Assembly: GCA_041392175.1 (NCBI GenBank)
Contig: JAWKMP010000007.1
Location: forward strand, 6,134 to 70,133
Length of the DNA stretch: 64,000 bases
From: Flavobacteriaceae bacterium
GTDB lineage: Bacteria > Bacteroidota > Bacteroidia > Flavobacteriales > Flavobacteriaceae
Direction: 5' to 3'
The notes beneath the pieces were generated by a model. It was not told the DNA's origin, searched no databases, and saw only the letters and a list, made by a program, of their open reading frames with translations. Shown here piece by piece: positions 30,245 to 39,309 of this stretch. The position numbers and the translations under genes are program-made. Position 1 is the first letter of the stretch. Each line of letters opens with the position of its first letter.

Positions 30245-31963
30245 ATGCAAATTATTGAATCCCAAAAAACCTATGATGTGCTTATTGTAGGCTCGGGTGC
30301 AGGCGGTGGTATGGCCACCAAAGTCCTCGCCGATGCGGGTCTAAAAGTAGCCGTTGTAGAAGCAGGGCCTTTCTTTGATCCTGCCGACCCCAAAACACGT
30401 ACCCAACTAAAATGGCCCTATGAATCCCCCCGAAGGGGCGCCGGAACCCAGCGGGATTTCGGTGAATTTGATATGGCCTATGGCGGCTGGGAAATTGAAG
30501 GGGAACCCTATAACCAAATTGGCGATACCCAATTCGATTGGTTCCGCTCCATCATGCTAGGCGGGCGCACCAACCACTGGGGGCGTATCTCCCTGCGTTT
30601 TGGGCCTAAGGACTTTAAAGGAAAAGACCGTGATGGCCTGGGTGACAACTGGCCCATTGGCTATGAAGATGTAAAACCCTATTATGATAAGGTGGATAAA
30701 CTCATTGGGGTGTTTGGTAGTAACGAAAAAAGGGAAAATGATCCCGATGGTTTCTTCTTGCCCGCTCCTAAACCGCGTTTGCACGAACTGTATTACATTA
30801 AAGGCGCCAAGAAGTCCAATGTAGATGTCATTCCCTCCCGATTGTCCATCTTAACCAAGCGCATCAACAACGAGCGTGGGGTGTGTTTCTATTGCCGCCA
30901 GTGTAACCGAAGCTGTTCGGTGTATGCCGACTTCTCCTCGGGTAGTTGCCTTATTTTCCCTGCGCAGAAAAACGGCGGACAAGTAGATTTGTTCGTCAAT
31001 GCCATGGTGAGTGAAGTCACCATTGATGAAAACGGAAAGGCTACTGGGGTTAAATACATCAACAAAGAAGACCGCCAACAGTACAGTTTAAAAGCTAAAG
31101 TAGTGATCTTGGCCGCATCGGCCTGTAGTTCAGCACGTATTTTATTGAATTCCAAAAGCGAGAAGTTCCCCAACGGCCTTGGCAATAGCAGTGGCCTTGT
31201 TGGGAAGTACCTGCATGATTCCACCGGTACCGACCGAGCCTTCTTTATCCCCGAATTGATGAACCGTAAGCGCTACAACGAGGACGGGGTAGGAGGCTTG
31301 CACGTGTATTCCCCTTGGTGGCTCGACAACAAAAAGCTTGACTTCCCCCGTGGCTACCATATTGAAGTATGGGGCGGGATGGGCATGCCCGGCTACGGCA
31401 CAGGCTTTAACCCCAATTCCTTGAACAAGTACCTAGGCGAGAAAGTAGGAGGTTATGGGAATGGCCTTCGTGAAGACGTAAAGAAATTCTACGGTTCGGT
31501 CATGGGTGTTTCGGGACGGGGCGAATCCATTGCCATGAAAGACAATTACTGCGAAATAGACCCCACTACGGTAGACGAATGGGGGATACCCGTACTGCGG
31601 TTCAATTACCACTGGACCGACCATGAGCGAAAACAAGCTAAGCACATGCACGAGACCTTTGAAGAGATTTGCCATAACATGGGCGGGATTCCCTTGGGCA
31701 ATAAACCCACCAAAGAACAGGACTATGGGCTGCTAAACCCGGGACGTATCATCCACGAAGTGGGCACTACCCGCATGGGAAGCGACCCCAAGACTTCGGT
31801 GGTGAACGAGTTTGAACAACTGCACGATGTGAAGAACGTGTTTGTAGTAGATGCAGGACCCTTTGTGTCGCAAGCCGACAAAAACCCTACCTGGACCATT
31901 TTGGCCCTGGCGTGGCGCACTTCAGACTATATTATTGAAGAACTAAAAAAACAAAACCTATAA
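30245..31963 (+). CDS. GMC family oxidoreductase (glucoside 3-dehydrogenase-like flavoprotein)
   Basis: IVGSGAGGG, LGGRTNHW, CxxCxxCxxxC, HEVGTTRMG, NPTWTILAL. Confidence 0.9.
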   Translation: MQIIESQKTYDVLIVGSGAGGGMATKVLADAGLKVAVVEAGPFFDPADPKTRTQLKWPYESPRRGAGTQRDFGEFDMAYGGWEIEGEPYNQIGDTQFDWFRSIMLGGRTNHWGRISLRFGPKDFKGKDRDGLGDNWPIGYEDVKPYYDKVDKLIGVFGSNEKRENDPDGFFLPAPKPRLHELYYIKGAKKSNVDVIPSRLSILTKRINNERGVCFYCRQCNRSCSVYADFSSGSCLIFPAQKNGGQVDLFVNAMVSEVTIDENGKATGVKYINKEDRQQYSLKAKVVILAASACSSARILLNSKSEKFPNGLGNSSGLVGKYLHDSTGTDRAFFIPELMNRKRYNEDGVGGLHVYSPWWLDNKKLDFPRGYHIEVWGGMGMPGYGTGFNPNSLNKYLGEKVGGYGNGLREDVKKFYGSVMGVSGRGESIAMKDNYCEIDPTTVDEWGIPVLRFNYHWTDHERKQAKHMHETFEEICHNMGGIPLGNKPTKEQDYGLLNPGRIIHEVGTTRMGSDPKTSVVNEFEQLHDVKNVFVVDAGPFVSQADKNPTWTILALAWRTSDYIIEELKKQNL

Positions 31964-31966
31964 GCC

Positions 31967-32674
31967 ATGGATAGAAGAGAAAGTTTTAAAACCATGCTGC
32001 TGGGCTCCCTGGGCGCTGGCTTGGCCTTACAGGCCTGTACCGATCCTACCGTAACGCCACCCGAAGTGGTGGAGGAAGCCCTTTGGAAATATACCTATGG
32101 AAGAACCCCCAAGGAACAGGAATTTGATGAGGAGTTACTGGAAGAGGAGTTTTTTGACGAAGCCGAACTCCAGCAAATAGAAACGTTGGCCAACCGTATT
32201 TTACCTCCCACCGAGGCAGGAAGCATTGCCGATGCAAATGTGGTCCCCTTTATTGAATTCATGGCCAAGGACGTCCCCGAATTCCAGACTAAACTGCGCG
32301 GGGGGCTTATGTGGCTCAATATTTATTGCAACGCCAAGTACAATGCTACGTTTGTAAACTGCACCGAAGAACAGCAAACACAAGTGCTGGATACCATTGC
32401 CTGGCCCGACCCCGAGGCCACCGAACACCCACAGGAAGTACAGTTTTTCTCCCTCATGCGCAATTTGGTCCTTACGGGCTATTTTACCAGTGAAGTGGGC
32501 ATTAAAGAACTGGGCTACCAAGGCAACGTACCCAATAACTGGGACGGGGTGCCACAGGAGGTGCTGGATGACCATGGCATGGCCTACGATCCCGAGTGGC
32601 TTGCCAAATGCGTAGACCCCAACACCCGTGGCGAAATCGCCCAATGGGATGAAGAAGGGAATCTTATTTCGTGA
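31967..32674 (+). CDS. Gluconate 2-dehydrogenase subunit 3 family protein
   Basis: Tat-like MDRRESFK, VLTGYFTSEVG..LGYQGN; adjacent to the GMC gene. Confidence 0.88.
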   Translation: MDRRESFKTMLLGSLGAGLALQACTDPTVTPPEVVEEALWKYTYGRTPKEQEFDEELLEEEFFDEAELQQIETLANRILPPTEAGSIADANVVPFIEFMAKDVPEFQTKLRGGLMWLNIYCNAKYNATFVNCTEEQQTQVLDTIAWPDPEATEHPQEVQFFSLMRNLVLTGYFTSEVGIKELGYQGNVPNNWDGVPQEVLDDHGMAYDPEWLAKCVDPNTRGEIAQWDEEGNLIS

Positions 32675-32702
32675 AACGTCTAATTTTCAAAAACTCCTTT
32701 GA

Positions 32703-33806
32703 ATGAATAAATTTTTCTTATTACTACTTCTATTACATGGCTTTGTAAGTTCCATTGAGGCCCAAATTGTAACTATTCCTGATGCTAATTTTAAAAATTA
32801 CTTGGTCAATGTTTTGTGTGTGGATACAGATGGTGATGGAATACCAGATGATGACGTAGATACCAACAATGATGGTGAGGTTCAAGTAAGCGAAGCAGAG
32901 GTAGTTACTTTTTTGAAAACTAGTAGCGGAAATATAAGCAATTTAGAAGGTATACAATATTTTGTAAATCTTCAAGAGTTTCACTGTACATTCAATCATA
33001 TAACGAATATGGATGTAACTTATAGTCTGGATTTAAGGAAGTTGGTATGTTATAGGAATGAGCTTACAGCTATTCATCCAGGCAATTATCCAAATCTTGA
33101 ATATTTATCTGTTGGAGAAAATTTTTTAACCAGTATCGATATCTCTGATAATTCGAATCTTTACTATTTGGCATTTCCCCATAATTCCATATCCAGTATT
33201 AATCTTTTAAATAATGCACCTTTAGAAGTATTGGTTGGTAGTTATAACAATTTAACCTCTTTGAATGTCTCTAATAATGTTAACCTCCGGAATATTTTTA
33301 TTGAAGGGAATGCCATTACTAGTTTGGATTTTTCAGCAAATCCCAATTTGGATTATGTTTGGTGCCAAGAAAATCAATTGGTGAATTTCAATATAAATAA
33401 TAATAATAATGAGGGAATTGGGAGTCTTTTTACCCTATATAATCCAAACTTATCCTGTATCCAAGTAGATGATGTGGCTTATGCTGAATTTCAGGCATTT
33501 TTAGGTGAGTGGAACATTGATGAGTGGACAGAATTTAGCGAATCTTGTGAGCTGGGATACGAAAATCATTACCTTTCCAATGCATTTAATCTTTACCCCA
33601 ATCCCGTTTCCCAAACCCTTACGGTAACAAGTGACAATCCTATCCTAAGTACCACTGTTTTTAATGGGGTAGGAATGCGTTTATCTTCTGAACCAGGATC
33701 CGCTACCCAAATGACACTGGACTTGGCACATTTACCTGCGGGGATTTACTTTATCACCATTGAAACCACCAAAGGGCTCAAGACCCAAAAGGTAATCAAG
33801 GAGTAA
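32703..33806 (+). CDS. LRR protein with T9SS C-terminal sorting domain
   Basis: IPDANFKNYL, DTNNDGEVQVSEA, LRRs, LYPNPV..GIYFI..KVIKE. Confidence 0.9.
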   Translation: MNKFFLLLLLLHGFVSSIEAQIVTIPDANFKNYLVNVLCVDTDGDGIPDDDVDTNNDGEVQVSEAEVVTFLKTSSGNISNLEGIQYFVNLQEFHCTFNHITNMDVTYSLDLRKLVCYRNELTAIHPGNYPNLEYLSVGENFLTSIDISDNSNLYYLAFPHNSISSINLLNNAPLEVLVGSYNNLTSLNVSNNVNLRNIFIEGNAITSLDFSANPNLDYVWCQENQLVNFNINNNNNEGIGSLFTLYNPNLSCIQVDDVAYAEFQAFLGEWNIDEWTEFSESCELGYENHYLSNAFNLYPNPVSQTLTVTSDNPILSTTVFNGVGMRLSSEPGSATQMTLDLAHLPAGIYFITIETTKGLKTQKVIKE

Positions 33807-33820
33807 GTTTTTAAGATTAT

Positions 33821-34354
33821 GGATCCTGGGTTGGTATGTTGGACTATTGGTATTTTAGTAGGTTAGATAATTGGACTTCTGCCCACTAGCGACTATACTA
33901 CCTACTCACCATTCACCATTCACTATTCACTATTAACGATTCACCCTTGACCCTTCACCCTTCACCTCATTAGGTCAAAGGTCCGGGTGCTAGGTCCTGG
34001 GTTGGTATGTTGGAATATTGGTATTTTAGTAGGTTAGATAATTGGACTTCTGCCCACTAGCGACTATACTACCTACTCACCATTCACTATTCACTATTAA
34101 CGATCCACCCTTCACCTTGACCCTTGACCCTTCACCTCATTAGGTCAAAGGTCCTGGGTGCTGGGTCCTGGGTTGGTATGTTGGTATGTTGGTATTTTAG
34201 TAGGTTAGATAATTGGACTTCTGCCCACTAGCGACTATACTACCTACTCACCATTCACTATTCACGATTCACCCTTCACCCTTGACCCTTGACCCTTCAC
34301 CTCATTAGGTCAAAGGTCCTAGGTCCTGCGTTGGTATGTTGGTATTTTAGTAGG
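33821..34354. repeat. Tandem array of three about 171-bp composite units plus a partial fourth
   Basis: Core tattttagtaggttagataattggacttctgcccactagcgactatactacctactcacc starts at 33851, 34022 and 34193, with a partial start at 34343. Cores are separated by variable 7-8 bp microrepeats. Confidence 0.9.
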
Positions 34355-34565
34355 GGGGATGATGGGACTTGTCACGCCCCACTCGATTGGGCGTCCACTA
34401 GGCGTTCCTGTATTCTGAAATGGATTCCACATTCAGTGTGGAATGGCACGTACGAATAAACGGTCTTAGGTCCTACGTCATGTTATCCTACGTCAACAGA
34501 AAACCTTTAAACATTAAGCATTCAACATTCAACATTCAACATTCAACATTCACCACTCACCCTTC
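34170..34565. repeat. About 400-bp direct repeat, copy A (left of serine hydrolase gene)
   Basis: Near-identical to 36790-37205, including a REP-like hairpin pair and the cattcaa heptamer run. Confidence 0.85.
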
Positions 34566-34576
34566 ACCATCGTGTG

Positions 34577-34621
34577 GCTTCGATACACTTCCTTCGCTTC
34601 GCTTGGAAGCACTCAGCCACC
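34577..34621. repeat. REP/MITE-like palindromic element
   Basis: ggcttcgatacacttccttcgcttcgcttggaagcactcagccacc contains nested imperfect hairpins and resembles flavobacterial intergenic repeats (from recall). Confidence 0.45.
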
Positions 34622-34653
34622 AATCTAGTCCCAATGGTATATACACGGGTCAT

Positions 34654-34738
34654 ACACGAAGGAAACACGAAGGAAAGACGGAGGAAATACGAAGGAAACA
34701 CGGGACAAATACGGGACAAACACGGGACAAATACGGAA
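34654..34738. repeat. 11-bp tandem repeat
   Basis: About 8 units of acacgaaggaa drifting to acacgggacaa. Confidence 0.85.
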
Positions 34739-34887
34739 TAGTAGCTTTTTTTTTTGTTCATTTTTGCATTGCCGGTTTTTCTCTTTGTTCATTTCTTTTG
34801 GCCGCCCTTTCTTATTGTTCTTTTTACCATTACCGAGTTTAATAGGTCTTGGGTCCTAGGCCCTGGGTCTTGGGTCTTGAGCTATTT

Positions 34888-34998
34888 TGACCCTTCACCT
34901 TTCACCCTTCACCTTTCACCCTTCACCTTTCACCCTTCACCTTTCACCTTTCACCCTTCACCCTTTACCCTTCACCCCTCACCCTTCACCCTTACCCC
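34888..34998. repeat. Heptamer tandem repeat (cccttca/cctttca)
   Basis: About 15 consecutive units. Confidence 0.9.
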
Positions 34999-35072
34999 AT
35001 TAGGCACTGGGTAGGGTTCCCATTCTTTTCATTATCTTTGGAAGAGATGCCAAGACCAAACCCTACTCTACA

Positions 35073-36725
35073 ATGCCAGTAAAAATCTTTGTGTTGTTTT
35101 GCCTGTTATTTGCTACTTCTTGCAAAGCACAAACCTCCATGGACTCCTATTTGGGGGGATGGGCAGGAACTTTTAAAGAGGAACAGCCCTTTTTGTTTAC
35201 GGTTGAAATCACCTCTGAAGGAACGGAAAAAATTGCCCGCTTCATGGGTAAAAAAAGCATTACCGAAATTCCCCTTCACCTAGAAACCCCTCCTTATTGG
35301 GTGGGTGAAATAATGGGGCAATTGCATATCCGAATAGACATGACTGCAGCCACCCCAGTGGCATTTATTCAAACAGGGCACCATCTCTCGCACCTAGCAT
35401 TGCAAGAATCGCCCACTGGGAGTTGGGTGGGCACCTGGAATCTCCTCATTGAATCTCATTCCTTACCAACCCTGTATGTATCGTTGGAGGCATGGGACAA
35501 CGGTAGCTACGGGGCATCTACCTTTTTCAAAGAACCTACCTACCACTATATGTGGGGCCAAGATTTTAAAAAGGTTGAAAACGAAATAAGCTTTACCGAT
35601 ATTCGTTCCAACATCCACTTCAAGGGCATTCTAAACGAAAACCAAATAGACCTTACCCTGCACTTTCTCAACGAAAGCACTGCTTTTAGCCTCTTTCCGT
35701 TGGCCTACGACCAATGGCAAAGGGGCCAATACACAGAAAAGGCAACTGAAGGAATGGCCCCAGCCCGTTTTGCAAGGCTTATCCATGACATTCAAACCGA
35801 TACCTTAGCGGGGACCCATGCCGTTTTGATCGCCCAAAAAGGGGAAACCCTTTTGGAAAGGTATTTTAAGGGTTTTACCGCCAGCACGCCCCACGATACC
35901 CGCTCCCTTTCCAAGAGCTTTGCTGCCGCTTTGGTAGGTAGTGCCATTGCAGACCAAAAGCTAGCCAATGTCGATTTGCCCATTAAAGGGTTTTTTGCCA
36001 AAGCCTACCCAGATATCGATTGGACCAATGGAAAAGACCGTATCACCCTTCACCACTTGCTTACCATGTCCAGCGGTCTGGATGCCATTGATTTTGGCCT
36101 TAACCGAAATTCTTATGCCAATGAAGGGGCCTACCAAGACCAGCCCAACTGGACCCAATACATTCTGCAAGCCCCCATGGTGTATGAACCGGGTAGTGAG
36201 GCCAATTACGGCTCGGGGAACCCTCATTTACTGGCGCCTATTTTGAATGAAGTGCTTGGGGAACGACTTGAATTCTACCTCCATAGAAAATTATTCCGCC
36301 CCCTGGGGATTTCCAATTACCGCCTTCAAACCAACAATGAAGACCTGCCCTATTTTGGGGGAGGCTGGTACTTCACCCCCAAGGACGTATTAACGTTTGG
36401 ACAACTGTACTTGCAAGGGGGAAACTGGGAAGGCCAGCAACTCCTTCCCAAAACCTGGGTGCAACAGTGCATGGAAAGCTACACCGTTCTTGCCAATACC
36501 CGGGATAAAAATGGTTATGGGTATTTGTTTTGGCATAAGACCTACGAAGTTGCGGGCCAAAAAATTGCTTCCATTGAGGCTAGGGGTTCGGGAGGGCAAT
36601 ACCTCTTTATTGTTCCCGAACATGCATTGGTGGTCGTCATTACCTCAGGCAATTACCGAAACAACAAAGGATTCCAACCCGAAAGGATCATGAAAGACTA
36701 TATTCTCCCGGAAATCCTGAAATAA
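35073..36725 (+). CDS. Serine hydrolase (class C beta-lactamase-like) with N-terminal extension
   Basis: SxxK (RSLSKS), LHHLLTMSSG, YGS, GYGYLFW, ARGSGGQ; TATCTTTG promoter at 35033-35040. Confidence 0.88.
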   Translation: MPVKIFVLFCLLFATSCKAQTSMDSYLGGWAGTFKEEQPFLFTVEITSEGTEKIARFMGKKSITEIPLHLETPPYWVGEIMGQLHIRIDMTAATPVAFIQTGHHLSHLALQESPTGSWVGTWNLLIESHSLPTLYVSLEAWDNGSYGASTFFKEPTYHYMWGQDFKKVENEISFTDIRSNIHFKGILNENQIDLTLHFLNESTAFSLFPLAYDQWQRGQYTEKATEGMAPARFARLIHDIQTDTLAGTHAVLIAQKGETLLERYFKGFTASTPHDTRSLSKSFAAALVGSAIADQKLANVDLPIKGFFAKAYPDIDWTNGKDRITLHHLLTMSSGLDAIDFGLNRNSYANEGAYQDQPNWTQYILQAPMVYEPGSEANYGSGNPHLLAPILNEVLGERLEFYLHRKLFRPLGISNYRLQTNNEDLPYFGGGWYFTPKDVLTFGQLYLQGGNWEGQQLLPKTWVQQCMESYTVLANTRDKNGYGYLFWHKTYEVAGQKIASIEARGSGGQYLFIVPEHALVVVITSGNYRNNKGFQPERIMKDYILPEILK

Positions 36726-36789
36726 CAAATCTTCCCCTTTGGTTAAAAATGACAGAAGCCACCCTTGGGTCTTGGGTAATAGGTCCCGC

Positions 36790-37205
36790 GTTGGTATGTT
36801 GGTATGTTGGTATGTTGGTATTTTAGTAGGTTAGATAATTGGACTTCTGCCCACTAGCGACTATACTACCTACTCACCATTCACTATTCACTATTAACGA
36901 TTCACCCTTCACCCTTCACCCTTGACCCTTCACCTCATTAGGTCAAAGGTACTGGGTCCTGGGTCCTAGGTGGTATGTAAAAAACTTGATATTTTAGTAG
37001 GGGGGATGATGGGACTTGTCACGCCCAATTCGATTGGGCGTCCACTAGGCGTTCCTGTATTCTGAAATGGATTCCGCATCCAGTGTGGAATGACACTTAC
37101 GAATAAACGGTCTTAGGTCCTACGTCATGTTATCCTACGTCAACAGAAAACCTTTTAACATTAAGCATTAAACATTCAACATTCAACATTCAACACTCAC
37201 CCTTT
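36790..37205. repeat. About 400-bp direct repeat, copy B (right of serine hydrolase gene)
   Basis: Core unit at 36819, next partial unit at 36990 (again 171 bp apart), then the same REP-like block as copy A. Confidence 0.85.
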
Positions 37206-37567
37206 ACCCAACTGCTACCCAATAACTATCCAGAGGTTATTGATAGGTTATCGAGAGGTTAGGATAGTGAGTGGTAAGTGTTACTAAGGGGTTATTTAGA
37301 ATCTTTATACGTAACCCCAGTTTTTTGTGGTTTCTTTTTGTTAGAAATAGGTCCTACGTCTTGTGTCTTGTGTTGATAGAAAACGTTGCCCTCTTTAAAA
37401 CTTCCTCCCACTTGCCACTTTTTTTCCCTATCTTTGGAAATATCCCCACCATAGATACCCAAGCAATGGCAAGAAATCCCTAGGTTTTCTTGGGCGTAGC
37501 TTTTGCATTGGGTACCCATAAGAACCGGTGTCCGCGCCCAGCGTGGGGCCTTCTAATACATACAACA

Positions 37568-37840
37568 ATGGATCTAGAAAAATTAAAGAGAAATCTACAG
37601 GAAACCCTAGGACTGTCTGGGCATGTGCTTTCCGATGAGGAATTCACCCAATTGGTCACCCATTTAAAATCGGCCCGGGAAGATATCAAAAGCGGGAAAG
37701 AACTGGAACGGGAACTGGAAGAACTAATTCCGTCCATCACCGAGTTTGATGGCTCTGTGGTTCAGGAATCCATCGACAGCAGCGATCTGGACCACCTTAT
37801 CGACCAAATTGAAGATGCCCTCAAGAAACGGCCCAAGTAG
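37568..37840 (+). CDS. Small acidic helical hypothetical protein (90 aa)
   Basis: ATG at 37568 (MDLEKLKRNL); stop directly abuts the next ATG; TATCTTTG at 37429-37436. Confidence 0.65.
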   Translation: MDLEKLKRNLQETLGLSGHVLSDEEFTQLVTHLKSAREDIKSGKELERELEELIPSITEFDGSVVQESIDSSDLDHLIDQIEDALKKRPK

Positions 37841-38990
37841 ATGAAAAAAGACCACATCACCGATTTTGAGGATGCCATTGCCCAGGCCAAGCAGGAATTC
37901 AGTGAGGAGTTCAAGCAGCTACTGCAGCTGGTAAAACAACCCAGCGCCACCCAAGAACAGGTGCAGGAAGCCGTCACCGAACTGCACCAAAAGGGCGTGG
38001 CCTTTGTGGATCTTTTTAGCCGATCGCTCAACGAATACGGTACCCAACAGTTTAAGCACAACCCCAACATACGCAATAGCAAGCGGGATGATGCCGTGAA
38101 CCTTTCCAATACGCTGCTCAAATACTGGAAGCTCATCCGTTCCCTGCAAGGGGATTTTGATATCCTGCCCCCCAAACCCTCCGAACGGGCCTACAGCAGC
38201 ATACAATCGTTTTTAAAGACGTTTGATACGGAAGCGGCCCAAAAACTGCAGCCCCAGTTTGAGGCCCTGCAATTGCCTACCTACGGATTTAAAACCAAAA
38301 AACCCTTTATAGACATGACAAAAAAACAACAAGTAACCTTTGGCGCCCTCACGGGGCTGGCCTTGCTGCTCATCCTGCTGGTAATAGCGCTGGTGGTGGA
38401 GTGCCCTACCAATTTTCAGAACAACATTTTTATCATCATCCTTTCGCTGGCGGGCAGCACCTCCATCATCCGGGGCTCATTGAGGTAAAGTACCGGCAAA
38501 TCATTACCGCCACGGGGCCTTGGCGGTGTTTGTGATCATCTTTTTTATGAAGCCCACCCAATTGAGCGACTATACGGGCTGCGCGGCGGATCGTGCCATT
38601 TCGGGGACCACCTATTTTGGGGACACCCCTGTGGAAAACATGGATGTTTCGGTGCCCAAGCAGAACAAGTCTACCCGTACCGATAACTTTGGGAACTTCC
38701 AACTTTCGCTGGATTTTACAGCCATTGAAGACAAGTTGGGCATCCACCTACAAAACAAGGAACTGCGCGTGGATACGGTGTACACCTTTACCAAGGAACA
38801 GCTTGCCAAGTCGCTGGACATCAAGATTAAGAAGTACTGCGTGGCCTGTACGCAAAAGGACAGCACGGGGGCCGTGGTCAACCAAAAGACCACCTGCAGT
38901 GCCAGTGCTAGCTACATAGAAGATTATATCAAGGGCTTTACCCAAGCGGGGGTGGCGCAGGGCCGTACGGTGGAGTGCACCCGGCAATAA
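37841..38990 (+). CDS. Membrane protein: helical N-domain, TM hairpins and extracytoplasmic beta domain (split by frameshifts at about 38470-38520)
   Basis: Restoring one base in each of two short homopolymers gives ..SIIPGLIEVKYRQIITATGALAVFVIIFF.., joining ORFs 37841-38488 and 38520-38990. Confidence 0.65.
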
Positions 38991-39005
38991 GAAGATATAG
39001 AATGG

Positions 39006-39032
39006 AAAAGGAGTGTTTTGCGCTCCTTTTTT
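39006..39032 (+). terminator. Intrinsic terminator
   Basis: aaaaggagtg-tttt-gcgctcctttttt just after the stop at 38990. Confidence 0.7.
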
Positions 39033-39062
39033 CTATTGCTGTGATTGTTACAGGATTTTTAT

Positions 39063-39070
39063 TATATTTG
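39063..39070 (+). promoter_or_regulatory. Candidate -7 promoter element for the island operon
   Basis: TATATTTG (TAnnTTTG) about 240 bp upstream of the ATG at 39310. Confidence 0.35.
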
Positions 39071-39309
39071 AGATACTCCCCACAAGATCCCATCCGGGAT
39101 GACCATTTCAAAAAGTAAAGTATGCATTTTAATATTTAAAGAATGACGTTAATAATATTTATTGCATAACATTTTATGCATAATCAAAAAAATAAAAATT
39201 TTAATAATGTAATTCAATATTGTTAAATAAGACTTTTTATATCCTCACTACAAAAGTCAATACTAGAAACAGAAGAACAATTTTCACCTATTCCTAAAAA
39301 TAACAACCT

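Noticed and set aside
33821-34354. CRISPR array
   Set aside because: Units are about 171 bp and inter-core sequence is the same microsatellite material, not unique spacers; no cas genes in the window.
34420-35014. ORFs 34420-34842, 34564-34761 and 34754-35014
   Set aside because: Translations of tandem repeats (HSTFNIQ, HPSPFTF); no evidence they are genes.
35073-36725. Antibiotic-resistance beta-lactamase
   Set aside because: The motifs fit the broad serine hydrolase family; nothing specific for AmpC activity.
38450-38520. Programmed frameshift or phase variation
   Set aside because: Single-base losses in short homopolymers match the error pattern seen elsewhere in the window.
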